Of a stretch of 64,000 bases of DNA, positions 44,717 to 56,042 are shown one piece after another (the first letter of the stretch is position 1; each line of letters starts with the position of its first letter). A program made the translations under genes and the position numbers. Below the pieces are notes generated by a model that was given only the letters and a program-made list of their open reading frames with translations, did no database searches and was not told where the DNA came from. The DNA comes from an uncultured Planctomycetaceae bacterium (lineage in GTDB: Bacteria; Planctomycetota; Planctomycetia; Planctomycetales; Planctomycetaceae): assembly GCA_963813715.1 (NCBI GenBank), contig CAWFAK010000005.1:416001-480000 (forward strand), in the 5' to 3' direction.

Positions 44717-45906
44717 TCAAACTCGCAGGAAGATGCGCATTTTGTAAAGGACGAACAACACGATCCATTTCAACATCAGCGGCCCTGCCTCGAGCAGGAT
44801 GCCGTGCATGTGATGTGAGAAGACGAGCTTCGACAGCTCGTCGAAATTGATGACCTTCTGGCCGACGTAGACCGTGATGGCATTCATGCCGATCACCACG
44901 AAGAAAAACGACCAGGCTTGGAACTGCAAGACGTCGATCACGAGGTAAAAGAGCGACAGCAGGAACAGGCTGATGCCGCTGGTCATCAGCACGAACGAGC
45001 TGCTCCACAAGTTCTTGTTGATGGGAAAGCTCTTGTCCCACGTGAGCGCGGCCGCCACGAAGAGCACCCCGGCAACGGCCAGGCCGGCCGCTTTCACCAG
45101 GCCGTTGAAGTCGGTCCGCCTGAGCCAATGGCCGGCCATCACGCCGAAGAGCACGGTGGCGATCGACGGGATGGCGGAGAACAGCCCTTCCGGATCGCGA
45201 ATGGTTCGGTAGAGGTGCCCGGGCAGCAGGTGGCGATCGATGAAGTCGCCCAGGTTCTGACCCGGAAGCAAGCCGCCCGTATCGAATCCCGGAACTGGGA
45301 TGAACCTGAGCGCGGCCCAATATCCGATCAATAAGCCGATGGCCGTTAACAACTGGTTCCGCGGCCGGGTATGCAGGACGATCAGGGCGGCGAACGTATA
45401 CCCGATGCCGATGCGTCCCAGCACACTGGGAAAACGCACGTGCGAGAAGTCGGTGACCAGATGCTTGATGCCGCTGACATCCTGGTCGAAGTGGATCGAG
45501 AAATTGAAGGCCAGGATGCCGTTGATCACCAGCCCCAGCAGAATCAGCAGGATGCCGCGGCGGATCACTCGCAGATGCAAAGCGGCCGATCCCTGTCCCG
45601 CGCCAAGTGCGAGGCGAACGAATAGGGAATCGCCACGCCGGCGATGAACATGAACAGCGGGAAGATGCAGTCGTAGAGGCTGAAGCCGTGCCACTCGGGG
45701 TGGTCGGTGTGCTTGTAGGCCAGCTCGCGGAAGGTGGGGTTGCCGCTGAGGTTCGCGAGCGCCCGGATCAGCTCCTCGCCGCCGATGATCCAGAACATGT
45801 CGAAGCCGCGAAGCGCGTCGAGCGACAGAAGTCTCGGGGGGGCCGAACTTTGCGGATTGGACAAAATGGGGACGTCGTTCCGGCTCTTGGCAACGCCGCG
45901 AGACAT
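44717..45906 (-). CDS. HGSNAT/DUF5009-like membrane acyltransferase (frameshifts near 45600)
   Basis: RLLSLDALRGFDM, H.EWHG...D.IFPLF.F, VLGRIG, DPEG, PINKNLWSSSF, GMNAI. Confidence 0.85.
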
Positions 45907-46030
45907 GATCGTTCCTCAGCGGATCAAAGGCTGGGTCATTCGCTATTTGACACGCCAAGATACACGGACTACAAGGGAGAGCGATCACTTCCTGCCCGCT
46001 CTTCGTGGATTCCAGTCTCGGGGGAATAGC

Positions 46031-48380
46031 ATGGCTGCCCGGCCCATGGCGTCCGTCTGCGTCACGGTTCTCGTCCTCGTCGCGCTCGTCTGCCTGCTGT
46101 CGGTCACGCCCGATCGGGCCGATCTCAGCCCTCGAGGCGATCGCACCGCGCCGGCTGCCTCCACGGTGTACACGATCAAGCCCGGCCCCAATGCGCAGAG
46201 CGAATTTCTGTCGAGCCTGATCCAGTCGAGCCCGGGCGACGTGATCGAGCTGGCGGCGGGCACCTTCAACTTCGACATGGATCTCGAAGTCACCACGAAC
46301 AACATCACCATCCGCGGGGCCGGCATCGACAAGACGATCCTCTCCTTCAAGAACCAGCAGATGGGCTCGAAGGGGATCGAAGCCACGCGGCGACAACTTC
46401 GTCATCGAGAATCTGTCGGTCGAAGACACGCGGGGCAACGCGATCAAGGTCGTCGGCTCGAAGAACGTCACCTTCCGCAACGTCCGCACAGCCTGGACGG
46501 GCGAGCCCAAAACGTCCAACGGCGCCTACGGCATCTACCCCGTGTCGTGCGAGAACGTGCTGATCGACGGCTGCATCGTCCGCGGGGCGGCCGACGCCGG
46601 CGTGTACGTCGGCCAGTCGAAGCAAATCGTCGTCAAGAATTGCCGCGTGTTCGAGAACGTGGCCGGCATCGAGATCGAAAACTCGTTCGACGCCGACGTC
46701 TTCGACAACTACGCCACCAACAACAGCGGCGGCATCCTGGTCTTCGACCTGCCGGGGCTCGCGCTGCACAACGGCGGCCGCGTCCGCGTGTTCCACAACC
46801 AGGTTCCCAAGAACAATCACGCGAACTTCGGGGCGCCGGGCTCCAGCGTCTCCAACGTGGCGCCAGGCACGGGCATGCTGCTCTTGGCGATGGACAACGT
46901 CGAGATTTTCGAGAACCAGATCACCGACAACCAAACCTGCGGCCTGCAGGTGATCAGCTACATCCTCACCGGCAACCCGATCAACGACAAAGAGTACGAT
47001 CCGTATCCCGAACACGCCTACATCCACGACAACCACTTTTCCGGCGGCGGCAAGCACCCGGGCGGCCGCTACGGCAAGATTTTGGCGGAAATCGTCGGTA
47101 TCCCCTTCCCCGAGATCTTCTACGACGGCGTGCTCAATCCCAAGCACACGGTCGATGGGAAAGTGAAGCCGGAATACGGCATCCGCTTCGAGCGGAACGG
47201 CAACGTCGGCTTCGCCAACATTCATTTCGACGAGCTCAGTCCGGAGAAAATCGCCGCCGGCAAAGCCCGCATCGATCGCGACATTGCCGCTTACACCGGC
47301 AGCTATCCGCGGCTGCCCGGTATTCAGCTCAAGCCGCACGGCCCCGCCGACCCCAGCAGCGACCAGTCGGCGGCCGTCTATCGCTCGGCCCCGAAAAAGC
47401 TCTCCGAATACGGATTCTTCAAAGGGAACGGCGTGACCCAGGAGCCGGTGGCCGGCGTGACCCCCTACGACGTCAACACGCCCCTCTTCTCCGACTACAC
47501 GTCGAAGCACCGCTTCGTGCGCCTGCCGGGCGGAGCCGCCGCCCAGTACGTCGAGAACGACGCCTTCGACTTCCCCGTCGGATCGTGCGTGGTGAAGAGC
47601 TTCACGTATCCGCACGACGCGGCCGACGCGTCGAAGGGTGAGCAATTGCTCGAAACGCGCGTCCTCGAACGGAAGCCGGCCGGCTGGTACGGCTACTCTT
47701 ACTTGTGGAACAAGGAGCAGACGGAAGCCACGCTCGACCTGGGCGGCAGCACCATCGAGGCCAGCTGGAAAGGCGCCGACGGCAAGACGCACAGCAACAA
47801 TTACATCGTGCCGCACGCCAACCAGTGCAAGAGCTGTCACGTCTCCAACGGCAAGACGTTTCTGCCGCTGGGCATCAAGGCCCGGAACTTGAATAAGGAC
47901 TACGCGTACGCCGACGGCAAGGAGAACCAGCTCGCCCACTGGACGAAGGCCGGCATCCTCAAGGGTTCACCCGAGCCGTCTCACGCTCCGAAAGTCCCCC
48001 GATACGACGACCCCTCGACGGGCAGCGTCGACGCGCGGGCCCGCGCGTGGCTCGACGTTAACTGCGCCCACTGCCACAACCCGGCCGGCCCGGCGCGCAC
48101 CACGGGGCTCGACCTGTCGATCAGCCAGACCGATTTCGCCAAGCTGGGCATCTGGAAGTCGCCGGTGGCCGCCGGTCACGGCTCGGGCGAGCATCGCTAC
48201 GACATCGTCCCCGGCAAACCGGACGACTCAATCGTGATTTACCGACTCGAGTCGACCGAACCGGGCGTGATGATGCCCGAACTGCCCCGCCGCATGGTCC
48301 CCGACGACGCGGTCGCCCTCCTCAAGGAGTGGATCGCGCAGATGAAAGACCCGAGCAAGCAGCAGGCGAGCGCGAAGTAA
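46031..48380 (+). CDS. Parallel beta-helix domain fused to an SO2930-like diheme cytochrome c domain (frameshift near 46385)
   Basis: NGAYGIYPV, GAADAG.YVGQS, NVAGIEIENS; then LSEYGFF, Y.VNTPLFSDY..K.RF, LETR, CKSCH and CAHCH. Confidence 0.85.
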
Positions 48381-48400
48381 GACGCGACGCAGTCCTGTTT

Positions 48401-48478
48401 GGGTGGCACTGGCGGCTCGTCCGCCAATGTGCCTTTTGGGGAGTGAAGTCACTGGCGGACAAGCCGCCAGTGCCACCC
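48401..48478. repeat. REP doublet (REPIN-like)
   Basis: Same family as 42612-42722; lies between convergent genes. Confidence 0.85.
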
Positions 48479-48504
48479 GAGCAACTCACGCAGGCCTTCG
48501 TCGA

Positions 48505-51498
48505 TTACGCCGCTTTGCGCCGTTCGACTTCCACGCGTCGCGTCGTGCTCGCCTCGCTACTCTTGTTGCTCGACGCCCGCGCGGCTTTCGGTGCCGCGGA
48601 GATCACGCTCAAGAGCGACGGCAACAGCACCAGCGCGACGAACAGGCAGCTCGAGATGCCGATCGCGAGCGCCAGCCCCAGGCTGAACAGGCCGCGGTGC
48701 GAAGCGATCATCATGCTGCCAAAGCCCACGATCGAGGTCGCGGACGTCAGCACCAGCGTGCTGAACACGCTGCCGCTCATCTCGTAGGGGCCGCTGCGGT
48801 CGCGATAGTCGTGCATCACCTGCACGCCGTAGTTGACGCCGATGCCGAGCACCAACGGCAGCACCAGCAGGTTCGCCGGGTTGAGATCGATGTGTGCGAA
48901 ACCGAAAATGCCGAACATCATCAGGCCACCGACCAGCGGCGCCAGGTACGCCAGGGCCGCATGGAACAGCCCGCGCCCGTCGAGCACGAGGGCAATCGCT
49001 CCCGTCACGACCACGTAGGCCACGGCGAAGATCATCGGGTCGACCGCGATGTGCCGGGCGTTAAGCATCACCGCCGCCAACACGCCGACACCCAGCGTGG
49101 GCAACAGGGCCAGCCACCGCGCCTCGCGGCTCAGGAAGTCGAACAACAGGATGACCCAGACGACCGCGAAGGCGTAAAGCGCGGCCGTCTCATACGTATG
49201 GCGAATCTGCCGTACCGATTCGTAGTTGTGGATCGGCGTGCCCGTGACGTTGGGATCGACGCTCCGCACGTCGGCCACGAACTTGTGGAGCGTCGCCCCG
49301 TCCCAAGCCTTCTCCTGCGGATAAATCTCCAAGAGCCACTTCCGCTTTCCCTCGGCGTCCACCGGCGTGACGAAGCGGTTCACCAGCTCGTTCGGCAAAT
49401 CGTCGGCCTGAATCGGCTCGTCGCTGGCCGCGTAACGCAGCGTCGCGAACCGCTGGAAGATGTCGGCGGCCAGGCGATACTGGAACTGGTTGAGCAACCG
49501 CGACTGATCTTCGAGCGTGAGCTTTTCAAACCGGTCGAGAAACGTGTCGGTCGCGTGAATCACCCGCTCGGCCGACTCGTCGCCCGGGTACTTCTTGATT
49601 CGCTGATAAAACCCCTCGACCGCCTTGCCGATCACCGCCGGGTCGGAGCGGCGTAACGGCGGCAACTGCGAGGGGAAGTACGAGAGCCGCGAGCGGTATT
49701 CCGCCAGCAGCTGGCGCGTCGAGTCGCTGGCGCCGCCCGCCGGCAACCGCAGGGCCAGGCTTTCGACGTGTCCCACGCTGGGCAGCGCGGCGAACTTGGC
49801 GTGCAGCTCGCGCATCTGCCGTTCGCTGTCCGCCACCGACACGGCATACAAGAGCGGGCTCGACGATTCCTCGTACAGCCGCTTTTCCAAGCGCACGGAC
49901 TCGGAGTTCCGCGCATGCAGGCTGAGCGGATTGGCGTCGAAGCGGATTCGCCAGGCCACGTGCCGGCGTTCGACTTTCACAATCCCCGCCCCGATCACCA
50001 GCACTACCAGCACGGAGACCCCCAGCGTCGCCAGCGGCAAGCGTCCGATTCCCCGCCGCAGCAACTTGCCCTCGAACGGATGCGGCAGTCGCGACGAATC
50101 GGCCCGTTCGTCGGCGAGCGCAATCAGGGCCGGCAGGACAAAATACGTGCCCAAGGCACACAGCATGATGCCGGCGGCGGCGATAATCCCCAGCTCGGCC
50201 ACACCCGAAAAGTCGGCCAAGAGCGTGCACAAAAAGGCGAGCGCCGTCGTCACGGCCGCCGTCAGGCTGGCGGCGCCGGTGGCGGCCGTCGCTTCCATCA
50301 GGGCGGCCCGCAACTGCCAGCCATCGCGCCGCAGCTGCAAGTAGCGTGACACGTAGGCGATGGCAAACTCGAGACCCAATGCGAACAGCACCATCACCAC
50401 GGCCAGCGAGAGCACGCTCAAGTGGCCGATCATCGCCGTCGTGAAGCCGAGGGCCCACGTGAGAGCCACGGCCAGCATCGCGAGCGTCAACAGCGGGTGT
50501 CGCACGCCGCGAAAGCCGACCGACATCACCACCAGGCAGCTGACGGCCGCCACGGCGATCGCCAGCAGCACGTCGAACTGCGACCGCTGCAGCTCCTCGC
50601 GTTCGAGAATCGGAATACCGGTGAGGCCGATCTGGCAGCCGGCATGCGCCTCGGCCACTTCGGTATTAATCGCTTCCAGCCGTGCGAGCGCTGCCGCCTG
50701 GCCCCCTTCTTCGGCATCCGTCCGCGGCTCGACGCGCAGATAGCCCATCGTGCCGCGATCGCTGAGGAAGTAGACCGTCTGATCGCGCAGCGCGTTCGTC
50801 TGCGGATCGGTCGGCACCAGGTTCGGCCAGGGAGTGTGGAAATTGTCCGGATTGGCGATGAAGTCGTTCAGGCTCGTCGTCAGCTGGCCCGCGTGCTTGA
50901 AGAGCTGCGCCGTCTGCGCGGGGGTCAGCGGCTTGTCGGCCGCCTGCTCCATCCGCCCTTCGATCTGCTCGCCCAGCTGGTTGTACAGATAATCGAGTTC
51001 GATCGGCCGGTAGTCGCCCCGCAGGATGGGAGCGTACTGGTTCACCCGCGACAGGCCGACCTGCAGCCGGCGGGGACTCACGTACTGCAGCCATTTGCGC
51101 TGCAGCGCCCCGGCCTCAAACCGCGCGAGGACGTTGTTGAAGTGTTCCGGCTCGCGTCGCAGCCGATCGGCCACGTCGTCGATCGTCCGTTTAATGTCGT
51201 CGAGGTTCTTGCTTTCGACCACGACGATCACGTCGGAGGCGTGGTCGAACGACTTCGAATAGCTGGCCCAATGCTGGCGCAGCTCGGCCTGCCGTTCGAG
51301 CATTCCGGCGCGGTCGCTCTTGAACCGCAGGAAGAAGAAGGCGTAGCCGGCGCAGGCGCACGAGGCAAGGATGACCGTCGCCATCACGAAGCGGGGCCAG
51401 CGGGCGGCAATTCGCGTGAGGGCGCGGAGCGGATAGCCGACCGCCGAACCGCGTGGGGCTGACGCCGACTCCTGCCGCGTGGAGCTGTTGCGCTGCAT
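48505..51498 (-). CDS. MMPL/RND family transporter (HpnN-like)
   Basis: Two TM bundles with large loops; GLTGIPIL..EE, F.GVAELG, DPNVTGTP, LPLVLGIGV.YG, HRGL.SLG. Confidence 0.85.
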   Translation of the reverse strand: MQRNSSTRQESASAPRGSAVGYPLRALTRIAARWPRFVMATVILASCACAGYAFFFLRFKSDRAGMLERQAELRQHWASYSKSFDHASDVIVVVESKNLDDIKRTIDDVADRLRREPEHFNNVLARFEAGALQRKWLQYVSPRRLQVGLSRVNQYAPILRGDYRPIELDYLYNQLGEQIEGRMEQAADKPLTPAQTAQLFKHAGQLTTSLNDFIANPDNFHTPWPNLVPTDPQTNALRDQTVYFLSDRGTMGYLRVEPRTDAEEGGQAAALARLEAINTEVAEAHAGCQIGLTGIPILEREELQRSQFDVLLAIAVAAVSCLVVMSVGFRGVRHPLLTLAMLAVALTWALGFTTAMIGHLSVLSLAVVMVLFALGLEFAIAYVSRYLQLRRDGWQLRAALMEATAATGAASLTAAVTTALAFLCTLLADFSGVAELGIIAAAGIMLCALGTYFVLPALIALADERADSSRLPHPFEGKLLRRGIGRLPLATLGVSVLVVLVIGAGIVKVERRHVAWRIRFDANPLSLHARNSESVRLEKRLYEESSSPLLYAVSVADSERQMRELHAKFAALPSVGHVESLALRLPAGGASDSTRQLLAEYRSRLSYFPSQLPPLRRSDPAVIGKAVEGFYQRIKKYPGDESAERVIHATDTFLDRFEKLTLEDQSRLLNQFQYRLAADIFQRFATLRYAASDEPIQADDLPNELVNRFVTPVDAEGKRKWLLEIYPQEKAWDGATLHKFVADVRSVDPNVTGTPIHNYESVRQIRHTYETAALYAFAVVWVILLFDFLSREARWLALLPTLGVGVLAAVMLNARHIAVDPMIFAVAYVVVTGAIALVLDGRGLFHAALAYLAPLVGGLMMFGIFGFAHIDLNPANLLVLPLVLGIGVNYGVQVMHDYRDRSGPYEMSGSVFSTLVLTSATSIVGFGSMMIASHRGLFSLGLALAIGISSCLFVALVLLPSLLSVISAAPKAARASSNKSSEASTTRRVEVERRKAA

Positions 51499-51995
51499 CC
51501 GTGCGAACGCCTTGGCCGTTCCTGACCCGGCGCGGGGCGAATGATCCCGCCGCCAATCCTGATCACCTGCCGCTGGGGCTGGGCCCGGTCGCCGGCGTAC
51601 AGGCTCCCGGAACAGCCGCATGGACGGCGCATCCCGGTGTCTCCAGCATCGGCATCGGGCGGAAGGCCGCTTGAAAACAAAGCCCGCCGCCGGATTAGTC
51701 GCCGACGGCGCCGCCGATCACGTTCAACCCCTGCCCCGCCGCAGGTTTCGGCAATGCTTCGCGCCCGTGTCGATTGGCGAATAGCCCGTGCCGACTACGA
51801 ATTGACCCGGACGCAGAATGAGGGATGCGCCTGCCAGAGAAACTGTGCGCGCCAGACAAACCTGGTGGACTGTGCGGGCAGTTTCGACGCGTGTTGTCCG
51901 TTCTTGCGGAATGTAGCAACAGGCCCGCGAGAATCTCGAATTGCTTCGGACGCGAAGTCGCTCCGCCCCACAGGGTGAGCGCTACAATTCCGGCC

Positions 51996-52496
51996 ATGAA
52001 ACGTCTCGCCCTCCTGCTGCTGCTCGTCTTCGCGGCCCGCGCCTGCGCTGCGACACCCCACCACACGCTCGTCGGCCAGGTCGTGAAGATCGCCGACGGC
52101 GACACGCTGACCGTGCTCGACAGCGCCCGCAACCAGCACAAGATCCGCCTGGCCGGCATCGACGCCCCCGAAAAGGCCCAAGCCTTCGGCACGCAGGCGC
52201 GAAACGCCCTCGCCGCCGCAGTCTTCCGGCAAACCGTCCGCGTCGACGTCACGGACACCGACCGCTACGGCCGCGAAGTCGGCCGCGTGTATTGCGCGGG
52301 CCACTTCGTCAATGCCGACCTCGTCCGCGCCGGCTTCGCCTGGCGCTACCCCCAATGGGACAAGACAGGCGAATTCGCACCCCTCGAAGCCGACGCCCGC
52401 CGCCACCGCCGCGGCCTCTGGGCCGACAGCCATCCAGTTCCGCCGTGGGAGTTTCGCAAGGCGAAACGCGGCGGGGCGAATGTCGTGCGACGCTAA
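51996..52496 (+). CDS. Thermonuclease (SNase) family protein, probably leaderless
   Basis: DGDT, IRLAGIDAPE, D.YGR, LVRAGFAW, AR..RRGLW; TACAAT 7 nt before ATG. Confidence 0.92.
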   Translation: MKRLALLLLLVFAARACAATPHHTLVGQVVKIADGDTLTVLDSARNQHKIRLAGIDAPEKAQAFGTQARNALAAAVFRQTVRVDVTDTDRYGREVGRVYCAGHFVNADLVRAGFAWRYPQWDKTGEFAPLEADARRHRRGLWADSHPVPPWEFRKAKRGGANVVRR

Positions 52497-52655
52497 ACGC
52501 CGCCTCCCCCAAAATCTCTCCACTTTCGCGGGCCGACACTTCGAGAGATCCGCCAGCGCTGGTGAACCCCTGGTCTACGAGATTTCTCGTCTCGCGCACA
52601 TTCATGCGATCGACGACCTCTCCCCGAAGGGTGGCGAAGCGTTTGATTCGATCGT

Positions 52656-53045
52656 TTATTTGGCCTTGAGCTTTTCAAGTTCCTCTTTGTTGAGCGCGTC
52701 AAGCTCGTCCTTCGACGGGACCTTCGCCAGGGCTTCTTTCGCCGCCGCCGCGACGTCGGGATCCGGATCGTTGGCAAACCGTTCATAGGCCGTCTTCAGC
52801 CCATAAATGCGCGCCGGGGACTCCTCTTCGGCGCTTTTCCTGATGTATTTGGCCCGTTCAGGCGGGGTAAGGCCGGCCAGAAAATTCCCGTACGATGTAT
52901 TCGAACCCATGCCCATCAGGCTCTGGTAATACTGGCTGTCCTTGAAGGTGTCTGATTCGACATTGGGGGGAGCAATTCCGGACTTGCCGCACCCGGCGGC
53001 AAAGAGCACGCCAAACAAAAGTGCGAGGTAACTGGCATTCCTCAC
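52656..53045 (-). CDS. Lipoprotein downstream of the DUF1559 gene
   Basis: Lipobox FAAGC; HEAT-like DPDPDVAAAAKEAL. Confidence 0.7.
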   Translation of the reverse strand: MRNASYLALLFGVLFAAGCGKSGIAPPNVESDTFKDSQYYQSLMGMGSNTSYGNFLAGLTPPERAKYIRKSAEEESPARIYGLKTAYERFANDPDPDVAAAAKEALAKVPSKDELDALNKEELEKLKAK

Positions 53046-53248
53046 GTCAATTGATCCTTCACTTTAGTGCCCAAGAGCGCAGGTGACGCGGCCAGCCGCC
53101 ACGATCCAGCTGGAGCCTCAACGGGACCGGCTGGACTAGGGGCGACGCGTATCACATGCGCGAAGAAGACGCAAAAAGGGGCAGGCTGCCAACACGATCG
53201 TTGGCAGCCCGCCAATCTCACGAGAACTTAAACCGCAAAGCGGAACGC

Positions 53249-54565
53249 TTACGGTTCGCCGACAGAGCCGGACACCGTTTCGCCACCCTGCATGGTGGAG
53301 AGGCCGGTGTAGATCGACATGTCGATGCTGTCGTTGACGAACTGCACCGAGCCATCGCACAACAGGAAGAGGCCCCCGTTCGGATGGTCGCTGCGGAAGT
53401 TCGAGAGACTGCCGATCTCGGGATTCGTAGCCGCCAACGGGGCCGGGTTGGGCTGGCCATTGCTGGCATTCCCCACACCGGTCAGCGACAGGCTGATCGG
53501 CGGGCCGCCGGCTCCCGAAGCCCACGTGCTCGTGCACGTGTTAAAGGCACTGGTCACAAAGGCTGGACCGGTGCCGCCCGGAGGACCGCCCAAATCCGCA
53601 AAGGTGTCGGTCACCGGGTTCTTGTTGAGTTGCTCCATCGTGCAGCCGCCGCTGCCGGCCGTCAGCACAAATTGGGCAGCAACGGAGTTGTTCGTGCTGT
53701 TCACGAACTGGTCGTTGACGAGGACTTGGACCCAAGGGGGCTGGGGCCCGCCCGCCGCCGTCGCCGGGACGCCGAGCGCCGCGATCGCCGGCGGCAGGGG
53801 AGACGGCCACGTGGCGGCCGTGAGGCAGTAGCGGCCACGACAAATCGAGAATTTCGGCGTCAGGATCAGGGGAGACATCGCAGCTTCGCCGATGGCGAAC
53901 GTGCTGCTCGTGCCGTCCGTGATGTCACGGATGCGGGTGTTCCCATTGATGTTGAACACGCCGAGTTCGCGGGCCGGAATCTTTGAGGTCGTCCAGCAAT
54001 ATTGGTCGTTAACGCCGTGGCAGAGGGAGTAGTTGATCGGGACGTCATAAAGTCCTTGCGACGCGACCCCCAGTCCGGGGAACTGATCGGGGAAGGTGTC
54101 GGATGGGCAGCGGTACAGCCCACTGGCGCCGGCCGCTTGCAGCGCGGTTCGCGTCAGCCCAATCCCGTTCGTGGCAGCCGTGACCGTTTGGCTGTCGACC
54201 TGCCGGTTCCACTGATAGGCGCGAGCGAAGGCGGTCTGCTCGTCGTACGGCGTCATCAGGACGAAGGCATTGGCCATCGAGTGACCGTACACGTTGCCCG
54301 GAAACGGGGCGCCTTGGGACGCCCAAGTGTTGCCATACACGGACGCGCCCATGGGGAACATGCGGCAGACGTCGTGGTAGTTGTGCATGGCAATGCCGAA
54401 CTGCTTCAGGTTGTTGCGGCATTGGCTGCGGCGGGCGGCCTCGCGGGCCGCTTGCACGGCCGGAAGCAGCAGGGCGATGAGTGTCGCAATGATTGCGATC
54501 ACCACCAACAGCTCGATCAGGGTGAAGCCAGCGCGCCGAGCACGCTTCGGCACAAGTCGTGACAT
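53249..54565 (-). CDS. DUF1559 prepilin-type N-terminal cleavage / H-X9-DG protein
   Basis: [64 protein letters not shown]. Confidence 0.95.
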   Translation of the reverse strand: MSRLVPKRARRAGFTLIELLVVIAIIATLIALLLPAVQAAREAARRSQCRNNLKQFGIAMHNYHDVCRMFPMGASVYGNTWASQGAPFPGNVYGHSMANAFVLMTPYDEQTAFARAYQWNRQVDSQTVTAATNGIGLTRTALQAAGASGLYRCPSDTFPDQFPGLGVASQGLYDVPINYSLCHGVNDQYCWTTSKIPARELGVFNINGNTRIRDITDGTSSTFAIGEAAMSPLILTPKFSICRGRYCLTAATWPSPLPPAIAALGVPATAAGGPQPPWVQVLVNDQFVNSTNNSVAAQFVLTAGSGGCTMEQLNKNPVTDTFADLGGPPGGTGPAFVTSAFNTCTSTWASGAGGPPISLSLTGVGNASNGQPNPAPLAATNPEIGSLSNFRSDHPNGGLFLLCDGSVQFVNDSIDMSIYTGLSTMQGGETVSGSVGEP

Positions 54566-54614
54566 CGTAGGCTCCTTTGAAACTGGAACGGCCGGAAAAG
54601 CTAGAACACCAAAA

Positions 54615-54662
54615 GGCAAAAACGCTGAGACAAAAACGCCGAGGCAAAACGTTGAGGCGAAA
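54615..54662. repeat. Three ~14-bp tandem direct repeats upstream of the DUF1559 gene
   Basis: caaaaacgctgaga / caaaaacgccgagg / caaaacgttgagg. Confidence 0.7.
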
Positions 54663-54777
54663 GCACTTAAGAGACGGCTGAGGAACTACTGAATTTGCTT
54701 ACACTTGCAGAAAGGATTTACATTGCATACGCGAACCTAAATCTTCAGATTGAACTAAGCAAATAGGGGAAAACCTG

Positions 54778-54805
54778 AAAAAGGCATCGGGGAATCCCCG
54801 ATGCC
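54778..54805 (-). terminator. Candidate intrinsic terminator or palindromic operator
   Basis: Perfect 11-1-11 inverted repeat ggcatcgggga-a-tccccgatgcc (54783-54805), followed by TTTTT on the minus strand. Confidence 0.55.
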
Positions 54806-55514
54806 AGGTCGGACAACACGAAGAAATGCTTGGATTTTGCTGAAAAACTGAACGGCCCCTGCCGCGCTCTTGAGCAGCATAACGAAGAATTTAGGTGGAA
54901 AGCTGAAGACCGCTCACTCAACGGGGGCTTTTCGAGCGCGCCGCACGACCCCCACGACCACCCACGACCGCGAAAGGACCCCACGCGGAAAAGACGCCTC
55001 GCGGGGCTGAGCCCTGGCCCCTCAGTTTCTTTTGCAGGGCAGGCTGTGCCTGCCGTCGGCCCCTGGTGACGCGAGACATGGGGCCTCGGACCGTGCCCTC
55101 ACTGTGCTTTTTGTCAGAGCACTTGCGACGCATTGGACCGTGACTTCGGACGGACGCCAGGGCGTTCAGTTGTTGGCCGCGAGTTCGTTTGGTCGGCATT
55201 GCGGGCGGCAGGCAGAGCCTGCCCAACAAGACTGGCTGCGCGAGTCATCGCTGAAGACGCTCTCAAAAAAGTCGCCGAGTTGTTTCCATGCGCATAGAAA
55301 CGCGGTCTCCGCGCGCGTGGATCGGGCGCGGTAGGCTGCATGAATCCGTCTCGCGCGAGCGGACGACGTTGCGCGTGTCGCTCGCGGTCCGCGCCGCGGG
55401 GCGGCAAGTTGACGTAGCGGAGAATTGGACAGTGAAGGTCAGCGAGACGTAGATGGTTTCACGGGGGGTTGGGTCACAATTTTCAACTCATGAAGTGACC
55501 CACCAAATTGATGA

Positions 55515-56015
55515 CCCGGCCCCACCGGGACGGGACACGAAAGCACGGGACTCGACGGGACGGGACACGCGGAAAGAAAGTTGCCGGTGGGACAAGTGGT
55601 CCCGGCGGGTCCTGTAAAAACCGGTCCCGGCGGGACGGGTCCCTCACATTTAACATAAGGGGGGAATGCCAAACTGGACCCACCGCGCGGGCCGGATGGA
55701 GGTCGGACGCGGGCGCGTGGTCCCAGGTTCTCTGAACGGCCGGCGCGGTCGGGACACGGGACGGGGACTCGAACATTGGGACGGGATTGATCCGACAACC
55801 CGCCTGGAGACGGGAGATTTCACCACGAAGACACAAAGGCACTCAGCAATTCAGGCTGCTGCCTAAGGCGTTACTTGGTGCCTTTGGTGTCTTTGTGGTG
55901 AAAAAATCCTGTCCGATTATGACGGGACTGGACCCGGAGATTGGGACGGGATCGATTCGGCGAAAATGCGCCCTCACCCCGGCCCTCTCCCGGCGGACCG
56001 GGCGAGGGGGGAAAG
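55515..56015. repeat. Second (inverted) copy of the GGGACGGGAC-rich non-coding element, with an embedded REP-like hairpin
   Basis: GGGACGGGACACG at 55527 and 55557; 55771-55786 is the reverse complement of 29482-29497; hairpin 55818-55903; ccctcaccccggccctctccc at 55971. Confidence 0.7.
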
Positions 56016-56042
56016 AGTGTGCCCGTCAGTCCCGCTGGCGGC

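Noticed and set aside
54566..55000. Riboswitch upstream of the DUF1559 gene
   Set aside because: A terminator-like hairpin exists, but no aptamer consensus (c-di-GMP, cobalamin, TPP, SAM) was recognisable by eye; an Rfam scan would be needed
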